Source: Eledone cirrhosa
Lineage: Eukaryota
Direction of reading: 5' to 3'
DNA: 64,000 nucleotides
Assembly: GCA_964016885.1 (NCBI GenBank)
Contig: OZ024743.1
Location: 223,014,001-223,078,000, forward strand
The notes below the pieces were generated by a model that was given only the letters and a program-made list of their open reading frames with translations, was not told where the DNA came from and did not search any database. This document shows positions 28,401 to 40,400 of this stretch, piece by piece (the first letter of the stretch is position 1; each line of letters begins with the position of its first letter). The position numbers and the translations under genes were made by a program.

Positions 28401-31400
28401 AAATGCACCCAGTGGGAATATATAGAAGTGAGAAGTGGGCCCCAGCCCATCTGAGAGGTCAGTACCTTTGCTTAAGTACTGACTTGGTCCTGTGATAACC
28501 TGCCCAATCCTTGCCAGCAGGGAAAAAAGAGTATTAAATGATGATGTTGATGTACACACTGACGGTAGTTCAATTTCAACAATGTTTTTTAATATGAAAA
28601 GATGTTTGAGGTGTATCAAATATTTCTAGAAAACACAACATGCAAAGTAGACAGGGCCAGCGCTTCCATTAGGCCAACTAGGCAGTTGCCTAGGGTGCAG
28701 ACCTCTAAGAGGTGCGTTACTGAATTTTATAAGAGCATATGTTTATACAAATTTGTATAACTAACTTAAATATATAATAATTTTCTGTAATCAATAAAGG
28801 AAAGTAAGAGATCGTTAGATTGGACCAAGGACTCAATGGTCTTTCAACTGTTGATACTGTCTTTTGGTCAAAAATCCTGACAGAAGGAATAACGTACAAT
28901 AAAGTATTTTACTCAAGAACACAACATACTGCCTGGTCCAGGAATCAAATCCACAACCTTATGATCAATAAATAACTTGCTAAATATTTTTGATGTGTAG
29001 CAGTGTTGTGGAAACACCCAAATTGAAGGAGAGGGTTTTATGACCTGTGATATGGATGAATGTGGACTGTATAGTGGAAAATGCAGGATTAGTAATTTTC
29101 TTAGTATTATTAAAGCAAGAAGTGTAAAAATTAAGGTTGGAGGAATGGGACACAAGTAAGGTTAGCCAAGGGTGCTAAATACTCTGGCACAGTCTCTTGG
29201 AGTAGAATATACACTCACAATAATCTACACATTGCCAGTAGTTCAATTGAAAAAAAAAATGTTTTTAAGATTTGAGAAGATATTTGAGATATATCAAGTC
29301 TATCTGGAGAAAACGTGTGGAGTATGAAGTTGTGACAATGATCAACACAGTGTTGGCCTGGAGTCCACCAGCTTCTTTACTTCATCAATGAGCCTGGAAT
29401 AATCTTGAGGACACACACATCTAGGCACACATACAACTAACAAAACAGGAAATTTGAAATTAGTAATAAAGAAAATGATCATTTTTGTGTAAACTATCTC
29501 TTCATATTTGCATTAGCTTATTTCATTACCATGTTACTAACGAAAGACACTGCTTATGATTTTCAATTAATTATGATAATAAATAAGAATTTATTATTAT
29601 GTTGGTGTTTGAAACCTAACTTGACAAAAAGTAAACTTCTCTATTATATAACCAGGGGAGGTGTTGGGCACAATATTATCAAGAGTTAAATATAGTGCCA
29701 TACTCATGGTTATAACAAAATACTATGGATTTGATCTTATAAACCAACAAGCAGGCAATTTATGTCTGCTTTCCATGATTGCATGGGTTATGATAATTAT
29801 GTAAACAAATCAGAAAATAGATTAAAAACAGATGTTCTTGGATCTTATGCTACTTTCTCTAGAAATTAATGTTTACAGAATATTAAAAAGAAGTCAGTAT
29901 GACACACATGGTTGTCTGTTCCATTTCAAGGCCTGCCGTATCAACTTGCAACAGAACTGTACACGAACACACACACACACTAATGATCAACCAGATACCA
30001 ACTTACAGACAACATCTTCAGCATTGGAAGGAAGTATTTATAATGACCGTTGAAATTGTACCTCAAGTCTGGTATTTTAGACCACTTGGTCCTCTTCACA
30101 GCTAAGACCAGGAGTCATTAGGGCATCAAATTAAATGGCTCAGCATCATTCCATAACAAGAACAAAAACTAATTTCTGTTCTTGTCATGAAAACTTATAA
30201 ATGTATTTTAAAGAGATTAATTCTGAATGAGTAAACAATATTGTAGCGTTTGTAAATATTGCATTTGGGTGGTTTTGTACATTTTAACTCTAACCCTTTT
30301 GATACCAAACTGCCCTTGGTTCTATCATACAAAACTGTTTGTTTTACAATGTTTATATTTTATCTAAAAGAAAACCTCCTTTTGACCAATATTTGGATTT
30401 ATTTATGTGGAATTGGTAGTCGGCATTAAATTTGCAGAATAATTAGTGTCAGCATTTGTTCTGGCTCTTTGTGCTCTGAGTCTAAATCCTGTTGCAGTCA
30501 TCTTTGCTTTTCATCCTTTCGGCAGGAGGAGGAGGGGGTGTCGATATATAAAGCCCTAGCCCAGAGGCAGTGGATTGGCAGAGTATCAGATAGGATGCCT
30601 TGTGATGCCTGTTCTGGCTGGTTTAAATGCTACCTCCGGTCACCAGAAAGGTGGTAATGCCATTACCAGAAGTTATGGCCAGCAGATTGTATCAGCATTA
30701 AAAAGACCAAAAGAAATATGGTTTCCTTGGTCTAATCTAAGGCTCGGCTCCTTGCCTTCCTTATCTGAAATGATTATTTTCTATGTCGTCTCTACTCTGT
30801 GTTTGTGTTAATATGTGTACAGACAGCACTGTGGAAACAATGTGGCCAAATTGTTAAGAGTTCATTTCACTATCATCAAGTCCCAGGTTGAACCTCACTA
30901 TATGATATTGGAATTAAGTGTTGATCCAAACCTTGTTAGTGAATTTGGGTAGATGGAAATTGTGCTGAAGCCCATTATATGGATTGTACCTGTATTTCAA
31001 AAGAGTAGCTTTGTCACATACTGTGTCATGCTGATCCAGTTTGGGAAATGGCGTAAGGGTATATGTGTTTCAACCACTTACACATAAATTCACAAGTTGG
31101 GTGTTCAATTGATCAAATGAAATGCTCATTGTTGAAACCAACAGAGTATACATCATATGGGTATATGTAGAAAGGTAGAAAGAGAAGGCAGTATACATCA
31201 TGTGTATAGGGGGGAGAGAGAGAGCAGTATACATCATGTGTATAGGTAGAGGGGGGGGGGGGGGGGGGGCAGGAGAATGTGGGTAGCATTAATTTCAGTT
31301 ATATGCTTCAGCTCTTCTGTGATAAATGTGACCAGATTGAAACACCACTGCACTGATCAATTTATAAACTTTCCTACTTTGTGAATCTCTGCAGTGGTCA

Positions 31401-34400
31401 ACAACAAAAACATCCAAGAATATAAAAGTTTATATATCAAAATGGCATAGAACGACATCCCACATACATTTAGAGTGAGACAAAGCCACATTATATCACA
31501 AGACAAATAGTTTATATTTCGTAAGAATTACACCCCAGCCACAAACATATTGATTTTTTACAACAATTTACACTTTTTGGTAATAACATCTGTACTACAG
31601 TGTGTGTGTGTGTGGGGGGGGGGTCAAAGTAGACACGCCATATCCCTGCATGTTGTAAGAGACGAGAAAAAGTTGGGTGCTAAAAAGGGCATCAAGCTGT
31701 AAAAAATTGCCTCAAATTGAACCGAATTATCAGTATGAAGTCTGACAGGGGCTTGCAAGGCAAACCACTCGTTTAGCAGGGAAAACAGCCACAAAATGCT
31801 TGCTAGTTGGTGTTGGTAAAATTTTTGAAACTAAATTATTTCTACTATAGGCACAAAGCAACCAATTTTAGGGGAGAGGAAAGTTGATTAAATTGACTCC
31901 AGTGCATTACTGGTGCTTTATTTTATCAACCCCGTAAGGATGAAAGGCAAAGTTAACCTCCGCGGGATTTGAACTCAGAATGTGAAGATCAAATGTCAAG
32001 GTGTATATGTCAGTTATATGTGAATGAGTAGTGTGATAAGAAAGGCAGCCAGTCGACAACACTAATTACACACATCACCATACATTTGTAATGACTGACA
32101 ATTGCAGTTAACCAGATCTGTTTAGCAAAAGGAAATAAAAAAGGATGGGTGGGGTCGGGGGTGAACGTATTGGTTTTTAGAGCAGCAGTTCCAGTCTAAC
32201 TGTCAGACTTTCATCTCATCTCAAATATGTACTGAGGACAATAAATGTTTTGGTTATAAGAACTATACTACATGTATGTATATGTGGTGAGTATATAACA
32301 CGAGAGAGGTGGGAGGGGGCAAAACAATATAATTTGTTGATACAACTAACTGCATGTTATTGTGGTATTATAGAGTAAACTTAACAAGATGAAGATTTTA
32401 TATATATATAGTGAGAGAGAAGGAAAGAGAGAGGTGGAGAGAGAAAGAGAGTGATAAAGACATAAGTAGAGAGGTGGCAGTCAGAAGAAGCAATCACTGA
32501 AATCTTGAAGTCATTGCCACTTTTTTCTTCAGAAAATATATATTATACGCTGTTCATATGCACATTCAGTTAATCTTTGAATGTTTTATGTATCCAAAAC
32601 AGCCATTTCAGTAGAGAAAGAGAAAGATAGGAATAAAAACTGGAATATAGTAATATAAATTTTGAAATACATTATAGAAAGTTGGAGACCATAAAATCTA
32701 TTTAAACATTAACTAGCAATTGGAAAACTAACATCTGCTCCACTGGGTATAGAATACACAGACCAATGACAATGACACAGAGTTGTCCAGAGGTTACAAC
32801 TTGGCTATCAAAGCTCTTAAGTAAGTTTTCACTTTATATCTTCATTTCACTTTTCCCATGACCCTCCAGGGACATAGAAGCACTGTTTATGCAGTGTATC
32901 TTGGGGGGAATACAGCCCTGTGATACCCATTACTCTCCAGGTTTTACTTTATATAAGAATTTCTTTTTCTTTTTTATATATATAATAATAAAAAATCTGA
33001 TTGAAATGGGATGAAATGTTCATTTGGAATGGAGCAGAACAGTTATAATTGAGAGAGAGAGAGAGAGAGAGGAATAGAGAACAATTACAGATAAATTGAA
33101 AGAGGGAGAGAAGAGAGAGAGAGGAGAGAAAGAGGGAAAAATAGAAAGTAAGAGAGAGAGAGAGACCAAAAGTCACGACAGGATGAGCATCAAAATGTAT
33201 GAGAAATATAAATAAGACAAGGGCTACACACAAATACAGAGTTACAAGAAACAAATACAGAGAGTTTCAATAGACAGAAACATGAGAACTAAGAGACAGA
33301 AAGGAGAGTTACAATAGACAGAGAAAGGAGAGATACAATAGACACAGAAAGGAGAGATGACAGAGACTTGAGAACTAAGAGAGACAGAAATGAGAGCTAC
33401 AAGAGACAGAAATGAGAGCTGACAGAGACAGAGACTTCAGAACTAAACGAGACAGAAAGGAGAGCTACAAGAGACAGAAATGAGAGCTGACAGAGACAGA
33501 GACTTCAGAACTAAACGAGACAGAAAGGAGAGATACAATAGACACAGAAATGAGAGCTACAATAGACACAGAAATGAGAGCTACAATAGACACAGAAATG
33601 AGAGCTACAATAGACACAGAAATGAGAGCTACAAGAGACACAGAAATGAGAACTACAATAGACAGAAACATGAGAGCTACAATAGACAGAAACATGAGAG
33701 CTACAATAGACAGAAACATAAGAGCTACAATAGACAGAAATGAAAGTTACAATATATGCAGAAACGAGAGCTACAAGAGAGACAGATAGATATGAGTTAC
33801 AATAAATACAGAGATGGAAGTTACGAGAGAGAAAGAGAGAGAAGAGCCACAAAGATGAGAGTTACAAGAGACAGGGATATTATGAGTGTGAGAGTGATAA
33901 GAGTTATAAGTGTATGCAAGAGAGAGAAAGTGAAGTATTGTATATGAAAAAGAGTTACGAATGAGAGTGAAGAGTTGTGTTGAAGACAGGATTGAGAGAG
34001 ATGAGTTATACGAAAGAAAAAAGGTAGATAGAGAGAGAAAATAACAGAAATATTGTTTAGTCTGACAATCCATGTTTTATTCTTTCTTTGACAATATATA
34101 GAATAAGATTTGTGGTAAGAGCTGAGTGGGAACTACACACTTTTGATATCCTTTCCCCTGAGGAGGTTACTAACAATGTTTGTGATATGATACTGACTAG
34201 GAATTGGAACTAGGTCATGAGTTCAATTCCCAGGAGCTCTTTTACTGTTAGACAACACAGTGGTGGTGGTGGTTCTTCTTATGATATGTAGCATAAGATT
34301 TGTGGCTGGGGGAAACCATACAGTTGTCATGATGTCTTTCCTGAGGAGGCTGCTATCAATACATGAGAAATGACACTGACTCGGAACTGTAACCTGGCAA

Positions 34401-37400
34401 TGAGTCTGATCCCCCGTTGAATGTCTTTCACTGTTACACAACACTCAGACAATATAAATGTTAATACTCAGTGACTCTAACAAAAGTTAACACAACTAGT
34501 GATAGTAGAGGAGGAGGGGGTGTTTAAAAGAAACGGAAAGGCAAGGGAGGATAGAGAAATGTTAATCACTGCTGAAACAAAAGAAATGATTGTATATATT
34601 GATTACTACTCCATTCTTGCAATGTATTAAGTTTAGCATTTTAGATAAATAATAATAATAATAATAATAATAAAAAGTTAGACTGAAAAAGGAAATATGA
34701 CCCAGGTGTTGCTAACAATTTTTTTTTATATCCCAACTAAAATCAATAATGTCATGAGATCAATAAACATTAAAACTAAATAAATAGCACAATTCGTTAT
34801 TGACACAGAAAGATATATTACACCTACTGTTCAGAAGCTGTTAGCAAAAATTGTTCATCTGTCTTGCATAGCAGCATGTTTTTTTCCCCCTTCTCTACAG
34901 AAAACTAAGCTATATCAACCCCCAACCCCCACCTAGCAGCTTATCACTACAAAACACCATCATCACTACTGAAATCTTTATCAAAGTTTTAGTTAAACAT
35001 GGAGAAGCAATTAATATTTAGAGTAAATTAAAACTGAATTTTTTCTTTCTTTCGAGTAAATATTAAAAAGGAGTTTGCTTCACAACCTTGTAGTTCAGGG
35101 TTCAGTCTCACCACATGACACCTTGGGCAAGTGTATTTTAATACAGTCATGGGTTGATCAATGCTTTGAGTGGAATTTAGTAGAGAAACTACAAAAGCTC
35201 ACCATATATGTGTGTGTGTGTACTTATGTGCGCATGTTTACATTCATGATTATGTGTTTATCAGTTTGACAAAAAAGTGATTGATAAAATAAGTACTGGG
35301 GTCAATATGATCAAATAAATTTCTTTGAAGTCATGCCCTATATGGCCCCAGTCAAATGACTGAAACAAGTAAAAGAATAAAAGAAAAAAAAACAAATTAG
35401 ATATTTTCTAAATTTCCTACTGCCTTACATTTAATTAGCAACGGACGATATGACAGGCTGTTGCAGCCAATAAACTCCGTGGCAAACCATGACACAATAG
35501 TGAAAGCCAAGTAGTTAGGGTGTGGGGCTTTTGATAATTAGGTGGTGAGTTTGGTTCCTGGATCAGATCCCTGAGCAAGATGCTACATTTCAAGTTGCTC
35601 CAGTTTGGGGTTTAACTTGTGCAACGGATGGTGTCCAATTGAGTGGGGAATTATTTCATGATAGAACTATGACCTTTACCATTAAAACGTCCTAGAAACT
35701 GCTTATGACATTCAACCTTGTAGAGGTTAGCTAAACCTACATAGAATCTTCCGTTAACAAATTTCCAACAACTAGCTGAGCACAGCAACCTAGAAGAAAA
35801 TCTTCCGTCAAGTCCGTATAAGGATGACGGCATGGTTAAAAATATTTGGTTTGAAACCAAGTTTGATTTCACTGCATGGCTGCTTGAGCAAGTGTCTTCT
35901 ACTAGTCTTGTGAGTGCAACAGGATAGATATAAATTGTGCAGAGGTTCCATGGATGGGTTCGCTATTTCCCATGACAGATTACTTTGTCAGATGTCAGAT
36001 ATCAACCGATTTGAATCACACAAACCAAAGAGGAAGAATCTATAGGGTCACCCAACCTGTTAGAAACAAAAGCGCAAACCACCCTCAATCACAACACCAC
36101 CCACTTAATATATGAAGGACATAGTAAAAATGTCTTCTGGAGAAAAGAAAATACTGGGGGATAGATAAACCTATTGGATAAAGATTGACCCGGGGCCTAA
36201 TGGTTAGGGTATTAGACTCACAATTGTAATGTCATCGGTTTGATTCCTGAACCAGGCAGTATAATGGCATGAAATATTTCTAACTCTGGCACATGGACAC
36301 AAAATCAAAGTATAATTGATTAAATTGAATTCTGTATATAATTATCATTTATTTTAGCAAGCCTAGCAAGATGAAAAGTTGATTTATGTGGGATTTTAAA
36401 CTCAGTATGTAGAAGAATGAAGCAATATTCATCTTTCTGTTTTATCCATAGCAAATTTCTACAGCCAAACACCTTGTCTGTTGCTAACCCATACTTTACA
36501 GTATGGTAAAAATTCACTGACTTAAGTGCTTTGGAGAGTAAGACACAGGCACACAAATGACAGGCTTCCACACAGTTTCCATCTACCAGATTTATTGTCA
36601 AGGTATTGGTTGACCTGAGGCTATAACAAAAGACACTCATTTAAAGTGCTATGCAGTGAATGTAATTAGTCCAGATATGCTTCCTCAAATTTACAGAGGA
36701 TATTTTCGTCAAGAACATGGGTGATGTAATTAAAGATAAATAGTTTTGATTCTGAACTGAAACAAAGTCACAGGCTTGGCTCTGGTGGCAGCTACCTCAA
36801 CCATAAAGTGCTCATATTTGCAAATGAGTTAATAACATGCCTTTATTAATGCGATGGCCTAATGGTTATGTTGTTTGACTGTGGTCACAGGATGTGTGTT
36901 CCATTCTTTGATCATGTTATGTCCTTCAAAAAGGCACCCAATTTCATGTTGCTCCACTGTACGTCACTTTCTTTCACAGTTAGTTAAAATATTGCAGAGC
37001 AACAAGCATTTTAAACCCATTTTCCTTGACAAAACAAGGATTAGCTTTGTAGGCCCCATTGTAAGTCTACTAGTAAAAGATACTATAAATATTTAAATTA
37101 ATAAACCTGTTTTTAGATACAGTCTGCTAGATCATTACAAGATGTTAAGAGTGAGTCACTATTTTTGCTAAAGGTTTTGTCAGAAGAAGGTCATTTTTTT
37201 ATATTTTTTATACCGTTATTAAAATGAAAGAAAACAAGAAATACCTTTTGCTGAACAATCTTGTTGTAAATAGACACTGCAGATGAGCCAGGAATGCAGA
37301 ATGACACTGCAACTTTCTTGTCCTCAACTTTTGCATCTCTCATGCCTTTCCATGTCGCTTCAGCAGCCTCTGCAGTTGCATATTCAACAATAGCACACTC

Positions 37401-40400
37401 CTGGGATTCATTCTCTTTCATAACAATCTGGAAAAAGATATTTTATGGTATAAATTTGAATTCATGACATGGAACAGTGAAATACAGACAGTAATTAATA
37501 AAAACTGACAGAAGTTGAAGACAAAAAAAAGTCTAATTACAATGTTAAGTATATTGGTTGATCAACAAACACATAACAACTAGGTTCTGTTCTGATAACA
37601 TGGTCATAAAATCCTCATCACCATTTAACATCCACTTTCCCTGCTAGTAAGGGTTGGACCTGTTGTTGCAGACCAAGTCAATATTTAATTGGAGCTACTG
37701 ATCTCCCAGATGGGTCAGTGGTCTGCTTTTAGATTATATGTTCCAACACTCTACAGTGCCCAAGGGTACATTTTATCATGGTACTGGCAATATTGGGGAT
37801 GTCATGTTTTTGACACAGCTGAAAAGTCTTTTCAACCTATTGGCAAACTTTTTATGGCTGGATACCCTTCTTCTCATCAACTTCTTATGGAAACACTAAC
37901 TTAGTAACTCTAAGTTTGTTTTATTTGCCAAACTCTGACATATGTATGGTGAAATGTGTGTTTCCATTAAATGAAACAGTACTTCAGTCAGGAGTGGCTG
38001 TATTCAAGATACACTGCATGTCTCTGTGTGTCACTGGAGGCATCTAAAAGGGTTGGCAGCATTAGAAAGGGCATCTGGCTATAAAACATTATTGCAAATG
38101 ATCCCCTCCAAACTCAATTCAGCATGGAAAAGTTGATTTAAAAATGATGATGATAATGATTCTAATTCTAGATGACCTATATAATGGATATCATCTAACA
38201 TTAGGAAATCAACAGAGTAGAAAAGATATGGGAAAAACCAGCTATACATCAGAAGAATTTATTGAGGCATGGATGAGAGATTGATGGCCTGGATAAGTGA
38301 CATAGAAACGAGAGTAAAAGACATGGAGTGAAATAGATCTGATACAAAATAAAGACAGAGATGGCGGGAGAACATGAGAAAGCTCTCACGCTGATAAACT
38401 GAAGAAATCATACAAGTAATTCATGAGTAATTTGATGTAAACAGAACAAAAATGTGACAGACAATTAAAAAAAATATTTAACTCTTAACTCTGCCACCTT
38501 TCAATATAGTAGTACTTAGATAAAGTCCGTGTTGAGCTTAAAAACCCATCATGCCCCAGAGCTTATCCTGGTTACACTACCGTTAAGCGACTGAAAGTAC
38601 AAGATTTAGGTGGCAGACTTAATCTGTTGCCCAGTTTAACACAACCTAGCCCTGTTGAAAACGTTTGGAACAGCTCTCCAATTCAAGGAGAGCATCCTCC
38701 TTCTCGCCAGCCCTAAAAATGTTGTGGGCACTGCCCTTACTTCCTTAACCCATTAGCATTTAAGCCAGCCACACTTGGTCACATTTCTCTTACTTCTTCC
38801 TGTTCAAACCGGCCACTCATACTAATGTTAAGGTATTGTTCTCAAAATAAATAATATGAAAATCTCATAAATTTGATATTATGTGAAGTAAAACCTTTAC
38901 CATGAAAATACAATAGTATATATAGAATAGAGTAATGTAAATGCTAAATGGTTAAATAAACAATAATCCGCGCTAAACTGTGACCAAGAAGATTTCTAAA
39001 GCCCACAAACACACACAACTATTTCAACATTAATGTGTGTATACATTTTAGTCTTACTTGGCAATATATAGGGGCTTCATTTGTAGAAAACATATCCTTT
39101 AAATTAGCTGTATCCTTGAAGGTTTTTGGTAAGCCATCAATAAGAAGACATTTTGAATTCAACTTGTCATAAGAAGCAACCAAATTCTCCTCAATGAAAT
39201 CACATGCCAGAAGATTATCCTTGTATTTCTGACAATTCAAACCCTCTTTAATACAGGTAGATTTTTCCTTGTTGTGGCAATATTCAAATATAGCATAATT
39301 CTTGCTTTCACCTGAAATTAGAAAAACATCACAAAATGAAAAGTTTATCTTCATATGATTTTATGTCCCAAATTCCAGCTTACTAACAACAATGATAGTT
39401 ATTTTACTAAATACATCCTAATTTTTAATTATTTTCAAAATTAATTAGAAAATACAGGCATTATTATATTTCAAAAGAAATATAGTAACGAAAGCATTAA
39501 AGATAAGAATCCTATTGAATACCATATTAAATTATCAACTAATTACATTAGAATAGACCTACATGCAATCTATATATAGGGACTACTTTCTATACTTTCT
39601 AAGAAACCCAGTTTGTGTAACTTTTTATGAAATTTATCTGGAAACCCTGGTAATAATTATATAAACAGTAGTAACTACTAATAAAACATACTAGCAACAA
39701 TAAAAATTAATCCAATGTCCTGTACCACATAAAATCACTTTAGCAAGATATTCTTTAAAGATTAAAGTTTAATATTGCAAATTTTCATAATTTACCTACC
39801 AGTAGGGATAAAATAAACATTTGAATTAACAAGCATGCTTTTAGATATTTTCTGTTAAATCATTACAGGATATTAAAAAGTTAATTAACAAATGTTTATA
39901 TGCAACACATTAAAAATTAATATCTTTAACTCTATTATTGCAAATTTTAACAAGGATCTGTCCACTAGTAAAGACACTATAAACATTGAATTAACAAACC
40001 CATATATTTGTTGCTAAATCCTTACAGGATGTTAAGAGATAAAATATGAAAAGCAGTTTAAACTCAAAATAAGAATATTGAAGCTATACACACCAGTATC
40101 TTCACAACGCATCAGAAAGAATTTCTCCATTGGTCCATATGTTAGCAGTAATTTATGAACTTCCATTTCCAAACAGTCTTCAGGAAGGTTTGTAAGACAC
40201 AGCATCTTATCACTGGGGTGTAAGCTAACAGTAACATCAGTCTCAAGTAGCTGTTTACCAGTAAGCTGTTCGACAATTTCTTCAGCATCTTCACCATTCA
40301 TTAGAGTTACTATTGCTGTAGAAAGACATAAATTAAGAGGCTGAACATTTTAAAGGTTTACACACAAATAGTGGGTGAACAAATCGAGACAATATAGAGT

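Noticed and set aside
33465-33947. R/E-rich repetitive ORFs (RNESYNRH, MRATIDTE) resembling an SR-like protein
   Set aside because: Open in several frames on both strands purely because of the 24-bp repeat; no splice or start context.
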